Positions 31,250-41,973 of a stretch of DNA of 64,000 bases are shown here, in pieces. Both the position numbers and the translations under genes were made by a program. Below the pieces are notes generated by a model. The model searched no databases and was not told the origin of the DNA. It saw only the letters and a program-made list of their open reading frames with translations. Source of the DNA: an uncultured bacterium (GTDB taxonomy: Bacteria; Babelota; Babeliae; Babelales; Babelaceae); NCBI GenBank assembly GCA_963819815.1, contig CAWFXL010000001.1:672001-736000 (forward strand), given 5' to 3'. Position 1 is the first letter of the stretch. Every line of letters starts with the position of its first letter.

Positions 31250-32101
31250 CTATAGACTAGAAAAGTCTATGTCTGCAAGAATCTCATACGTCAGGAGCTT
31301 CATTCTTTTCTGAATCAGTTCGGCTATCTTCATCTGCCGACTCAAATAAGTAGCGTAGTCTGGTGAAGCAAGCACCATATCAAATGAATGCATACTATAT
31401 CGAATGATCGAATCTTGTGGATTTATACTTTGGAATTTGTACCCTTCCAGAGCTTTTTTCGCTCCACGACTATAGTTTTTATAATTTTCAAAAGGCTTCT
31501 TATTCGACGCGCTCGATGGATCATCTATGGAGAAGTCTTTGAAGATTTCAGCAGAAGCTTCATCAAATAATGCTGCCTCTAATCCTGCTATATCAAAGTC
31601 TTTCTTTTGGCAGATCTCTATGATCTTCTTATAATGCGCCAGTCCTCTAGCATAGCAATCATCTGCGGTCAGTTCTGGAGCTTTTTGTACAGCAGCTTTT
31701 GGTTGTCCTGTTACCTCAGCTTTAAAAGTCTCAATCATATCTTGAAGCTGGGTACGAGTCATACCTCCAGCCTTATGGATAACTTCTTGACCTTTATGGT
31801 TAGCTATGAAGGTCGGGACTCCCTTGATACCTTTGGTAATTGAAGAAAGACCTTTGTTGTCGATATCTACGACACAAAAGGTAATGTCAGGATATGCTTG
31901 AGCGAGTTCCAAGAAATAAGGTTTTGTCTGTTTGCAGGGTCCACACCAACTTGCCGTAAACATTGCAAGCACAGGCTTTGGTCCTTGTACATGTTTTGTA
32001 TACTCATCTACGCTCGCAATTATTATAGCGTTTGCTTGAAGTCCTGCATAGATGCTCGTAAGAGCGCAAACCACAAATAGTCTTGTCATTTTAGTAATCA
32101 T
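31250..32101 (-). CDS. Signal-peptide-bearing thioredoxin (WCGPC) with extra C-terminal helical domain
   Basis: Leader MTRLFVVCALTSIYAGLQANA; FTASWCGPCK; cis-Pro GVPTF; ~150-aa unknown C-terminal domain. Confidence 0.88.
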   Translation of the reverse strand: MITKMTRLFVVCALTSIYAGLQANAIIIASVDEYTKHVQGPKPVLAMFTASWCGPCKQTKPYFLELAQAYPDITFCVVDIDNKGLSSITKGIKGVPTFIANHKGQEVIHKAGGMTRTQLQDMIETFKAEVTGQPKAAVQKAPELTADDCYARGLAHYKKIIEICQKKDFDIAGLEAALFDEASAEIFKDFSIDDPSSASNKKPFENYKNYSRGAKKALEGYKFQSINPQDSIIRYSMHSFDMVLASPDYATYLSRQMKIAELIQKRMKLLTYEILADIDFSSL

Positions 32102-32205
32102 TGATACTCCAATTGGTTAAGATATTTTTGTAAGACCCTTACAAGGAAAGTGCACCATCCTCCTTATTACCTATGAGTTCGATACGATGAGACACACTAG
32201 AAATG

Positions 32206-32232
32206 AAAGAGGACCTATTAGGCCCCCTTTTT
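32206..32232 (-). terminator. Terminator directly after rplM
   Basis: AAAGAGGACCTA-T-TAGGCCCCCTTT imperfect hairpin. Confidence 0.55.
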
Positions 32233-32246
32233 TGCTATCTTTCAAA

Positions 32247-32690
32247 CTATTTAATTTCCTCAGGAAATCCCGCAATTTGCGCAGCATGTGGGTGCTCAGC
32301 TCCTTTATATACGCGTAATTTTTTAAGAAGCTCGCGTGCCAATTTATTCTTAGGGAGCATACCGCGGACCGCCATTTCAAGAATCCGCTCTGGATGCTTT
32401 TCCATAACAACTGCAGGAGAAAACTCTTTACGATTACCAATATACCCTGAATAGCGCTGGTAAACCTTTTGAGTCATTTTATTACCGCTAAAAACAATCT
32501 TATCCGCATTGATCACCACAACATAGTCACCAGCATCAGAATGGGGGGTATATGTTGCGCGATCTTTACCACGCAATGCATCTGCAATCTGGGTGGCTAA
32601 GCGACCAACTATTTGGCCTTGCGCATCGATTTCACGCCACCGAGGCTTTTCATCTTCGCGACGCAAGAAAAATGTTCTATTCATATCCAT
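32247..32690 (-). CDS. rplM: 50S ribosomal protein uL13
   Basis: IDAQGQIVGRLAT...YTPHSDAGDYVVVINA...AVRGMLPKN...HPHAAQ. Confidence 0.97.
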   Translation of the reverse strand: MDMNRTFFLRREDEKPRWREIDAQGQIVGRLATQIADALRGKDRATYTPHSDAGDYVVVINADKIVFSGNKMTQKVYQRYSGYIGNRKEFSPAVVMEKHPERILEMAVRGMLPKNKLARELLKKLRVYKGAEHPHAAQIAGFPEEIK

Positions 32691-32841
32691 GGAATATCCT
32701 TATTATTCTAGGCTCTTTTAAAGAACCACACTGTCCTAAGGTTATGTAAAAAAAACAGACTCGTCAAATCGGATCGGTTGTATTGCTGTCACGTGCATGA
32801 TACCTTATTGGACTCGCCATGCCAGTATGTACTTTGGCAAA

Positions 32842-33306
32842 TCAATCATGTGCTTTAGCCAATAGTTTCAAACAATGCATGAACGATCGCTCTTCTTGCT
32901 TTGAAAGTGAAGAAAAATACTCAGTATCGATCTGCTCAATAAGAGGTACAAGCTTACGGATCATCCCTTTACCATGAAGAGTAAGTACTATGCTCTTAGC
33001 ACGAGTATCGTGTACGGACTCACTACGCTCTACAAGCTCCTGTGTCACTAGTACTTTTAGCGCCTTTGAGACCGTCATCTTATCAAGCCTCGAGGCCTGC
33101 GAGAGAAGAACTTGAGTCGGCACCTGTCCATGCTTTTCAAACCAGAGGGCTAAGGCCATAATAACAAACTGAGCATGCGAAACACCAAAAGGCTCAAGCA
33201 CTTTTTTAATACGCCGTTGCCAGGCAATGGTAGTCTGCCAGAGCAAGAACCCTGGGCTATCTTCCGGTGCATCAAACCCAAAGGGAAGCTTAGACCTTTT
33301 TGTCAT
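32842..33306 (-). CDS. MarR-family transcriptional regulator
   Basis: DSPGFLLWQ...HAQFVI...DKMTVSKAL..L...DTRAK. Confidence 0.9.
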   Translation of the reverse strand: MTKRSKLPFGFDAPEDSPGFLLWQTTIAWQRRIKKVLEPFGVSHAQFVIMALALWFEKHGQVPTQVLLSQASRLDKMTVSKALKVLVTQELVERSESVHDTRAKSIVLTLHGKGMIRKLVPLIEQIDTEYFSSLSKQEERSFMHCLKLLAKAHD

Positions 33307-33733
33307 TGCTTTCCTGTGCTCTCTTAATTAACGCATCTATTTGCTCGGGAATACTCGCGGCGACATTCTGGGCAACTAGCTTAGTCCATAGCCATTGCAA
33401 TGGCCCTGTTACCATAACAATATTAGTTACCCTGATCCCCTGGGGAGTTTCCTCTACCGTATGGGTGTCATACATCTTAGCACCAATAAATGTTGTACAA
33501 TCGGTGAATGTTTTTTCTTTTTCTACATGCGTCAGCATAATCTTAACCGCACTGAATCCCTGAGGCTTCATCATAAAATAGTTCCCTACTTCAAAAGCCC
33601 CTTCCATCGTGCAATATTCTAGATCTCCATGCCAAACAGACCAGGCATTTACGTCGGTCCAGACACGCCATATCGCCTCTTTTGTCACACCAGTGTAGGT
33701 TTTACTATAGGTCCTCGTCCACATCTTCGTCAC
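33290..33733 (-). CDS. SRPBCC/polyketide-cyclase-like protein
   Basis: IWRVWTDVNAW..W; overlaps and is likely co-transcribed with the MarR gene. Confidence 0.8.
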   Translation of the reverse strand: MTKMWTRTYSKTYTGVTKEAIWRVWTDVNAWSVWHGDLEYCTMEGAFEVGNYFMMKPQGFSAVKIMLTHVEKEKTFTDCTTFIGAKMYDTHTVEETPQGIRVTNIVMVTGPLQWLWTKLVAQNVAASIPEQIDALIKRAQESNDKKV

Positions 33734-33845
33734 CTCTTGTGTATGATTAATAAAGTATATAAGTTTATTATATGCGAGTTTACTAATTTTAGCAAGAAGA
33801 TCATATTAAAAGTACTGCGTAACGGTTATCTATTTTTTCTGCTAA

Positions 33846-35135
33846 TCAGAATTCTTCAGTCTCATCATCAAGCTCTGAGGCCATCATCTCTTCGATCTCA
33901 TAGGAGTCCCGAGGAAGCTCCTCGCTCATACAAACAGCACCTTTATCGGTGATCCAATAATTATCTTCAATGCGGACACCTAGCATCTCCTTAGGTATAT
34001 AAATACCTGGCTCAATAGTGATAACATCACCCTCTTGCAAGGGGCCGCACTCAGAACCAACATCATGTACATCAAGTCCAAGAAAGTGCCCTATACCGTG
34101 AGTAAAATACTCTGCATAGCCCTGCTCTTTAAGAAACTCAAGTGCTAGATGATGTAACGACTTATCAGGATAGTCCTTATTATGCAACCAATACCCTGGC
34201 GCTGCAAGCTCGGCTATATAATCCTGAGTTGCAAGAACACAATCGTAGACTTCTCGTTGACGATTGGTAAAGGTACCAGATACTGGAAGTGTTCTAGTCA
34301 GATCAGCACAATAAAATCCAATTTCAGCTCCACAATCAAGTACAACAAGATCTCCCGCACGAAGCTGACGATTGTTAGCAGTGTAATGAAGAACCGTACT
34401 GTTTTTTCCGCTCCCTACAATCGTAGGAAATGCGGGTGAACCACCAGCCTCTTTAAAAATAAACTCAACCCCAGCTTGGAGCTGATACTCAAAAAGTTCT
34501 GGTCCAGTGCGCATTGCTGCTGCTTCAATCGCTTGCATAGTACAATCGATTGCATCATAGATCATTTCTAGCTCATCACGAGATTTCGTACGACGTAGTG
34601 CACCTACCACTGATGAGATATCAATAATTGAGGATGCAATTTCAGGACGTAAGGCACACAATCTCTCAATAAAAAGAGTTTGTTCAGTTACTCGGGAAGG
34701 ATTGTACACCATATATAACAGCTCTCCCCTTGCCACTCGAGCTGCCAGATCCTCCAAAAAATGCTCATATTCTTTTTGGGTACATGCTGCAGTTGCTGCA
34801 TAGCCCTTACAAGGGTGTCCTAGATGGCGAACGTCATTCATTCCCCATTGAACTGCGTGCTTTTGCTCAGCCTCTGCAATAGTGCTTACCCATTGAGAGC
34901 GAGAACTTCCATAGCTGGGAACCCAAAGAGTTGTAGCGTTGTGATCCATCTGAAGAATCGTTGCCGGCTCTTCAAGGCCCGTAAAATAATAAAAGGTGCT
35001 CTCTTGTCGGAAAGCGTATCGATGATGTTCAAACCCAGCAAAAAGAATGACGGAACCTTTTTTCCCCGGATATGCCTCTGAAAGAGCAGTTTGCAGAAGT
35101 TTTCTTCTTTCAATATAGGGAGTATATGAACTCAT
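33846..35135 (-). CDS. pepP: Xaa-Pro aminopeptidase P
   Basis: FRQESTFYYFTG; DCGAE..YCADLTRT; HGIGHFLGLDVHD; TIEPGIY; GVRIED. Confidence 0.92.
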   Translation of the reverse strand: MSSYTPYIERRKLLQTALSEAYPGKKGSVILFAGFEHHRYAFRQESTFYYFTGLEEPATILQMDHNATTLWVPSYGSSRSQWVSTIAEAEQKHAVQWGMNDVRHLGHPCKGYAATAACTQKEYEHFLEDLAARVARGELLYMVYNPSRVTEQTLFIERLCALRPEIASSIIDISSVVGALRRTKSRDELEMIYDAIDCTMQAIEAAAMRTGPELFEYQLQAGVEFIFKEAGGSPAFPTIVGSGKNSTVLHYTANNRQLRAGDLVVLDCGAEIGFYCADLTRTLPVSGTFTNRQREVYDCVLATQDYIAELAAPGYWLHNKDYPDKSLHHLALEFLKEQGYAEYFTHGIGHFLGLDVHDVGSECGPLQEGDVITIEPGIYIPKEMLGVRIEDNYWITDKGAVCMSEELPRDSYEIEEMMASELDDETEEF

Positions 35136-35148
35136 AGAGTATCCTCGG

Positions 35149-35748
35149 TTAAAATGGTCGTCGCTCTGATAGCGCCTTATACACGGTTAAGCGGTCCATA
35201 GCCTCTAATGATGAGCCTACTGGTAGCCCACGCGCTAGACAGGTTATCTTAATATCTTTACCTTTGAGTTTTGATGAAATATAGGAAGCTGTAGCCTCTC
35301 CTTCGGGAGTCTGATTAAACGCAAAGATAAGCTCCTTACACCCGGTGGCTACCCGAGCGACAAGCTGCTTAATCGTTAAGTCATCAGGGCCTATCCCATC
35401 AAGAGGGCATAACGCTCCACCAAGAACATGATACATCCCAAAGTATCCACCAGTTTTTTCAAGCGCAATAAGGTCACGCCAGTTTTCCACCACACAGATC
35501 ATCTGAGCATCTCGTTTTGCTGAGCTACAAAAGGGGCAGGCCTTATCCTTCTCTTTCCAAGTCCAACAGTGAGAACACTTATCAATGCGCTTTTTAAGCT
35601 CTTGAAGTATCGATACGAACTTTTGAGTCGACGGCTCATCAAGATCTAGAAAGTACTGTGCTACCACGTACAGATTCTTCGAAGCCAAGTACGGCACCCG
35701 CTGAAGCTCCTTTAGGAAGGCAAGAAGTGTAGGACTCTGGTCAATCAT
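35149..35748 (-). CDS. recR: Recombination mediator RecR
   Basis: C4 zinc finger CSHC..CPFC; CVVE; YHVLGG; EGEATA; LARGLPVG. Confidence 0.95.
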   Translation of the reverse strand: MIDQSPTLLAFLKELQRVPYLASKNLYVVAQYFLDLDEPSTQKFVSILQELKKRIDKCSHCWTWKEKDKACPFCSSAKRDAQMICVVENWRDLIALEKTGGYFGMYHVLGGALCPLDGIGPDDLTIKQLVARVATGCKELIFAFNQTPEGEATASYISSKLKGKDIKITCLARGLPVGSSLEAMDRLTVYKALSERRPF

Positions 35749-37265
35749 CGTGCAAGTGCTTTAAGTACAAGAGTTTGTGCTAATGCGAACAATGAACTAG
35801 ATGCTATGAAAAGTGTTAGCCCAGCAGATATATTCACGGTAATCGCCGCAAAAACAATCGCTAACAAAACATTAAACATCATCTGTCGAGCATCACTCAT
35901 TTCACCCATCATTCCTATCATTGAAGCACCAGCAAGTACCGGTAAAATATAGTAAGGATCGGGTGATGATAAGTCTGATATCCATAGAAAAGGTGCTTGG
36001 TATAACTCAATCGCATTTGATAAAACACGCTGCAATCCAATAAAAACAGGTATCTGAAGAAATATAGGCAAACATCCCAAGGTCTGCGAAACACCATGCT
36101 TACGCATGAATTCAGATTTTGCCGCTGAAAGAGCCTCTGGATCATCCTTGTAGCGTTGCTCAAGGTACTGAAGTTTCTTCTGGGCTTCCATATTTCTTTT
36201 TTTAGTCTGTTCGACATTCAAGGTAAACGGAATCAAAACGATACGCACTAACAATGTTAATACGATAATAGCGATCCCATAGTTCTGAAATATGCCATAT
36301 AAGAAGATAAGCAGATAGAGAAGGTACTTAGAAATATGGAAGAACCATCCATAGGAAAGAAGCCCCTCCAACCTACTATCAACATGAGAGATTGCAGCAA
36401 GCTCTTTCGGTCCAGCATAGAATGAAAGTGTCCAGCTCTTTTTCTCATGTATCGTGTCACTCTGGAGCACTGCCTGTGGAGTCTCACCATCGAATTTAAA
36501 GAAGGCACGCTGGGTAAAATGATCAGGATCTTTAAACAGTACCTGTGCAAAATAGGTATCTTCAAGCCCAAAGATTGAAGGATGTTCAACTCCTACATTA
36601 ATAAGATCTTTGATCGGTTTCTTTTCAAGAGAAGTGCCGCTTGCAAGTACCGTGTTGACAATGTCTTTCGTATCACCAACCACTTGTGGACCGGTAAAGA
36701 AAATACGTGGTCTTACGCCTTCAGGAGTCTTAGGATCGATCGTAACGGTAAGATCTATGACATACTCATCATGATGCACCGTAAACTGCTTAGTAATACT
36801 TGCTGCGGGGGATTCTCCCTTATAAGTAAGAATAGTCCGCTTGTCCTCATCTTTCTTGTCACTCAGAGTATAGTAGTAAGGAGTCTTCCCTAGACCATCG
36901 AGCGCTACTAAAAAGGACCCTTTTTGCTTACTTGACGAAGGCACTAACGTCTCCACCAAAGTGGGCTTACCCCCAAGCTCACGCGCATACCCGATAAAAG
37001 TAACTGCCGCACCATCATTAGAAAACTGAATTCTACTGGTAGGCAAGGTAACCACTGAATCTTCATGTTCTCGAGCAGGTGCCGCATCATAATAATCGAT
37101 ATCAAGATCTAAGGGTTCTGCAATCTGAACTGTTGTAGGCGCTACAAAACGACGATCAGTGGCCTGTTCAGTAGCAGGGTGCTTCTCAGCTAGGAAAAAA
37201 TGATGGATAAGCAGCGTACCTGCGAGCGCAAAAGCAACAGGCAGTATAAAATCTTTAGCATTCAT
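35745..37265 (-). CDS. yidC: Membrane protein insertase YidC
   Basis: N-terminal TM and periplasmic domain; YAGPK; NYGIAIIVLT; GCLPIFLQIPVF; FLWISDLSSPDPYYILP. Confidence 0.95.
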   Translation of the reverse strand: MNAKDFILPVAFALAGTLLIHHFFLAEKHPATEQATDRRFVAPTTVQIAEPLDLDIDYYDAAPAREHEDSVVTLPTSRIQFSNDGAAVTFIGYARELGGKPTLVETLVPSSSKQKGSFLVALDGLGKTPYYYTLSDKKDEDKRTILTYKGESPAASITKQFTVHHDEYVIDLTVTIDPKTPEGVRPRIFFTGPQVVGDTKDIVNTVLASGTSLEKKPIKDLINVGVEHPSIFGLEDTYFAQVLFKDPDHFTQRAFFKFDGETPQAVLQSDTIHEKKSWTLSFYAGPKELAAISHVDSRLEGLLSYGWFFHISKYLLYLLIFLYGIFQNYGIAIIVLTLLVRIVLIPFTLNVEQTKKRNMEAQKKLQYLEQRYKDDPEALSAAKSEFMRKHGVSQTLGCLPIFLQIPVFIGLQRVLSNAIELYQAPFLWISDLSSPDPYYILPVLAGASMIGMMGEMSDARQMMFNVLLAIVFAAITVNISAGLTLFIASSSLFALAQTLVLKALAR

Positions 37266-37515
37266 GAAATGATCCTTTTCAATAAAAAGTAACAGCGACA
37301 CCCTATACCAGGACGACCACTATCTTAAGGTGATGAGGAGATTCTGTACGTAGTTTACCAAAGGGCCACATTTTAGGCTAGTCGAAAAAATCCTATGCCT
37401 AAGAAAACATCTAGGTATTGAAAGAAGAAAAAGCGCAGGATATTCGCTTTACACACCGCGAAACTTGCTCTATCATTAGAATCGTAACGACCAGCCTCTT
37501 AGCAAGATAGAGCCA

Positions 37516-37923
37516 ATGACAGAAAAAGCATTTACTAAAGCTGAAATTGCACACACGTTAGGTATACAATTGTATATGCTTACGGCGTGGGAAAAGCAGT
37601 TCGACATTGTTCCACTTAGGGAGAATGATGAGGCTGTCTATACCCCTCAACAGCTTGCTACCTTCAGAAGCATTAAAGAGCTCCTCTATGAAAAAGGCTT
37701 AACAATGGCCGCTGCAAAAAAAGCTCTTCAAGATACGAGCGGTCAGTTTGAGGGAAAAGAGCTCCATGCAGCATCTCCTCTTTTTTTTGAGCCAACTAAG
37801 GTCACAAGATTAACTGAACATGCTCAGAAGGAACCCTCTTTTGATCAGCGTAAGAGTAAAGATATCGCCGCCAAGCTGCTTCAGATTAAAGCACAGCTCA
37901 TTAAAATCAACACTTCCTTATAA
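37516..37923 (+). CDS. MerR-type HTH protein
   Basis: EIAHTLGIQLYMLTAWEKQF...IKELLYEKGLTMAAAKK, typical of ihfA-linked MerR-like proteins. Confidence 0.8.
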   Translation: MTEKAFTKAEIAHTLGIQLYMLTAWEKQFDIVPLRENDEAVYTPQQLATFRSIKELLYEKGLTMAAAKKALQDTSGQFEGKELHAASPLFFEPTKVTRLTEHAQKEPSFDQRKSKDIAAKLLQIKAQLIKINTSL

Positions 37924-38052
37924 GATACAATCTCTTATGAGACAACCTCATTTCTTTTCAAGATAGAAAAAAGTACCGTTTTTACGTATACTCAAAAGGA
38001 AGATCTATCTCAAGTCATAGGCCACATTAACTCTTTTTTTGAAAGCATCGAC

Positions 38053-39445
38053 ATGTATACGCAAGGACATATTCATTTTGTTGGTATCGGTGGTATAGGT
38101 ATGAGCGGCATTGCCAAAATCCTTCGCTCACAAGGGTATACCATCTCAGGATGCGATTCGGACCTTTCGCAAAAAAGTGTCCAGGACTTGCTTAAGTTAG
38201 GATGTACCATTCATCAGGGGAATAATACTCCTCAGTGTCGGGACCATACAATCGACGTCCTGGTCTATTCCTCAGCTATTCGTGAATCAAATGAAGAAAT
38301 CACCTATGCACAGACTCGAGGCATTCCAACGATTCCCCGAGCTTTAATGCTTTCAGAGATTATGCGCACCAAATTCAGCATTGGAGTAACGGGCTCTCAT
38401 GGTAAGACAACGGTTACTTCACTCATTTCACATATTCTCATTGAAGCCAATCAAGATCCTACCGTCATTATCGGAGGACATCTCAAGGCTATCTCCTCAA
38501 ATGCTCAACATGGCTCAGGAAAATTCTTAGTTGCTGAGGCTGATGAAAGCGATCGATCCTTCCTCCGACTCTATCCTACCATAGCAGTTATTACAAATAT
38601 TGGTCTTGAGCATCTTGATACCTATAAGGATCTTGAAGATATTAAGAAGACCTTTGCAGAATTCATTACGCATGTTCCTTTCTATGGAAAAGCGGTTGTC
38701 TGCCTTGATGATCCCAATATTCGATCACTGCTCCCGTTTCATCAGGTAAAAACTATTAAGTATGCACTTGATCAAGAAGGGGCTGATATCTATGGTACCG
38801 ATGTCGTCCTAGGAACACACGAATCTACCTGTACCGTCTATAATAAGGGAATTCTATTGGGTACTCTTGACGGTTTCTATGGCGGGTAAGCACAATCTTC
38901 TGAATGCTCTAGGAGCCCTCGCAACGGTGCTTGATATCGGAGTTTCATTTGAAGAGGCGGCTCATGCTCTGCAGACATTTAAAGGCGTGGACCGAAGATT
39001 TACCTATAAAGGTACCTTCCAGGGCGCAGAGATTATCGATGATTATGGACATCACCCTACTGAAATCCTCAATACCCTCCTGGTCGCACGCAAAAGGACT
39101 AAAGGAAAACTCATCCTCGTCTTTCAGCCACATCGATTCTCTCGTACTGAGCTTCTATGGGATGACTTTGTAAACCTGTTGGCCTACAGTGCTGTAGATG
39201 AGCTCATTATTACTGACATTTTCCCTGCAAGCGAAGATCCCCGTCCAGGCATTACTACGTCGGCTCTCGTACAAGCTATCGTAGCAAAAAATCCCCAATG
39301 CCCTATCACCTATGTACCTCAATCAGAGAATTTCATAGAGATACAAGCACTTCTTGCCAAGAAAGCTTCACAAGATGATCTTATCTTGCTTCAAGGAGCG
39401 GGGAAAGTAACGAAGCTCGGTCCACTCCTTGCACAAGCTACTTAG
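38053..39445 (+). CDS. murC: UDP-N-acetylmuramate--L-alanine ligase (single frameshift at ~38869)
   Basis: HFVGIGGIGMSG, GSHGKTT, EADESD; DDYGHHPTE and FQPHRFSRT in the second frame. Confidence 0.95.
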
Positions 39446-39542
39446 CATCAACTTGAGAAGATCGCTTACACCTACTGTTGACTTTCCCAGCGTGGCTTTG
39501 GCATTCTAAAACTACAGATTGGAAAGAACGTTAGGGGAAGAC

Positions 39543-39845
39543 ATGACTATCTACAAAAAAGCTTTTTTCGTACTTATATGTGTTGGACTCGTTCCCTCAC
39601 TCCATGCTCAAAATCGCCAAAGAGATGCGGCAGTGGGAAGATTTCTCGGTGCCCTTACCGGCGCTACGTTAGCAGAAGAATCATTTGGCAACCAATGTTA
39701 TTATCAAGATGGTCCTGCCTACCTCTTTGTCTATCCGGGAGCACCTATCTATGCATATGACTATCCCACCTACGTCTATTCGCCGATTTACGCCTATCCT
39801 GACATGAGGCATGCTATTTATCCAAGCTACTTCTTCTCACGCTAG
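39543..39845 (+). CDS. Small exported protein with glycine-zipper-like segment and Tyr/Pro-rich tail
   Basis: Signal peptide ending SLHA; AAVGRFLGALTGA; YP repeats. Confidence 0.65.
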   Translation: MTIYKKAFFVLICVGLVPSLHAQNRQRDAAVGRFLGALTGATLAEESFGNQCYYQDGPAYLFVYPGAPIYAYDYPTYVYSPIYAYPDMRHAIYPSYFFSR

Positions 39846-39904
39846 TTCGCTGTTCCCGACTCCTTGCGCGCACTCAAGAAGCATCGAATTCACATCTAAC
39901 CCAT

Positions 39905-39941
39905 ACCTGTTACAGCTTGGTAAAGTACGGTTACGCTAGTA
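39905..39941 (+). repeat. 37-bp direct repeat copy 1 (promoter-like)
   Basis: ACCTGTTACAGCTTGGTAAAGTACGGTTACGCTAGTA; 33/37 identical to 41974-42010. Confidence 0.8.
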
Positions 39942-40103
39942 CCAACACCAAACATCTTTCCTTCATGTAGCATAACTAACTTCCCTGCACCTCTCTTATA
40001 CTAACAACCCGAAACTATTGCTTTCGGAATTTTCTTTAGAGTACCCTGAGTGTAACTGGGGAGTGAACCCAGAAAAACAAATCGTTTCAAAGGGGGAAAT
40101 CCT

Positions 40104-41743
40104 ATGAAGTTCGTATCAAAATCTCTTGTGTTACTCATAAGTCTTATGATTCTTGCACCTGCGTTAGCAAAATCTGATAAGCATTGCAATGAAGATATCG
40201 TGAAATATGTCCAAGCCAATGCTGCTCCAAACGGTAATGGTAGCAAAAAACATCCTTTCTCATCACTTGCTGCTGCTGCCCTTGCTACATGGGATGTCCT
40301 GATAGTGCTTCCTTCAGTACAGGCGCTTGAAGGAGGTATAACTCTCAAGCCAGGACAAGAAATCATTGGATCTTGCGATCCGACGTGATATCTCTGTATC
40401 TCCACAACAAGCTATCATTACGACATTTAGCACAACCCCAAACCCAGTTGGCATCACAGCTACGGGCAATAATGTCATTAAGAACATCTACTTTAAAAAC
40501 ACCTGGTCTTCTGCCATCAATTACGATAACGCCGTAAATCTGACCGTACAGGACTGCCTCATTACCGGTCACAACCAGGGAAATATCAAAATTCCCGCTG
40601 GAAATCCTTTTACAGGTCGTGCCGTAGGGGGAATACATGGTCAATGCTCACAATCTGGCGAAACTCTTATAGAACATGTAATTATTCGGAACAATCACGC
40701 TGGGGCAGGAATTGAAGACCTTCCAGTAAATCCTGCTCATCGGGAATTAACAATATGCAAGTGCGAGCTTTCTCAAATTAACGCCGGTACTGATTTAGGT
40801 GGTATCTTCTCTGCCCCTGGAGGTGGCACTACTACCGCCTTTTCTTCAGTAGTCGTTAAAGATTCATATTTGCATGATTTTGTTGCGGAATACTATAGGA
40901 TTCTTTTGTTTCCCCCAAAATGGAAGTGTTCAGACAGTTCTCATTAAAGATTCAGCATTTTCTAATATTAATAGTTTTAATATCCAGGGCTCTCCAAGTT
41001 ATAACCCCGCCGGTACAGCTCCTGCACCAGAGCTAAAAATAGAAATTGATACCTGCTCATTTGAAAACAGTACGAGCGTTGCAATAGACATAACAAATAC
41101 AGGCGCACTAAAAAGTAAACTGTTTGTAGAAAACTCGGTCAGTAAAAATATGAACGTTTTTTTCCTATCGGATGTATTGGGCGGCGTACAACAAAACAGG
41201 CTCTGTGGTAACACCGCTACTGGGGGAATTTTCTATACGGCACAAGCAGGGCTTACGCAATCAGTAGAAATTACTGAAATCATAGGTAACTGTTTTACTG
41301 GATCTATAGGTATCAAACTCTTGCCAAGCATAGCTTGGACCCTCCTTGATATTACTGCAGAATGTAATTGCTTCTTCGGCACCGGCACTGGCAGTATTTT
41401 GTTTGATACCACAACTTCATCCTCAGCAGGAGCGTTTAATGGGCTCATTAAGGCCCATAACAATACCTTCTCCGGTTTCGCTACCGATATTCAAGACAAT
41501 GGAAGTGGTGTCAATTACCTGGTAAGCAGAAACTTTTGGGGTGAACCTACGAATACAACTCCTTGTTCAAGTACAAGTCCCTGCCCACTATACCAAACCT
41601 GTGAACATGGTTCTTGCCTTGGTCCAATAGTCCCTAAACCTTTCCTTGGCAATGGCTCTATTGACGCAAGCCATCCACTTACAGCTTCTATTAAATGTCC
41701 TTGCAACTGTAGCTTTTCAACATCTGGTACGCCTGCACCTTAA
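40104..41743 (+). CDS. Exported Cys-rich right-handed beta-helix (pectin-lyase-like) protein; two frameshifts (~40386, ~40888); paralog of 52531-54114
   Basis: Signal peptide; NGNGSKKHPFSSL (GxGsxxxPF motif); SRNFWG; three ORFs colinear with the intact paralog. Confidence 0.8.
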
Positions 41744-41847
41744 GCAAGCCTCTCCAAGAGAGACTCCAGAAGCTTGAAGAATGAGAGAAAGCACCAAAAG
41801 CAGATCTCATCTCAACTACCGAAGCAAGAGCTCTTACAAGCAACTAA

Positions 41848-41886
41848 GTTCCTACCTATGATACATACCGTACCATAGGTAGGAAC
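41848..41886. other. Perfect 13-bp-stem hairpin downstream of the beta-helix gene
   Basis: GTTCCTACCTATG-13 nt-CATAGGTAGGAAC; no U-tract; second hairpin CGAGC...GCTCG at ~41894-41915. Confidence 0.6.
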
Positions 41887-41973
41887 ATTAGACCGAGCTA
41901 CCCCACGCAAGCTCGCTACTTCTCATTCTAGGACCTTTTTCTCGGTTCATTACCTACATTCAGACAACCCCCC

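Noticed and set aside
38860..38890. murC as a split gene or recoding site (likewise ffh ~47690, beta-helix ~40386/40888, pseudopilin ~56846, ankyrin ~63700)
   Set aside because: Small indels with otherwise intact motifs and no clear slippery sequence, consistent with the indel errors evident in this assembly. Cannot be settled without reads
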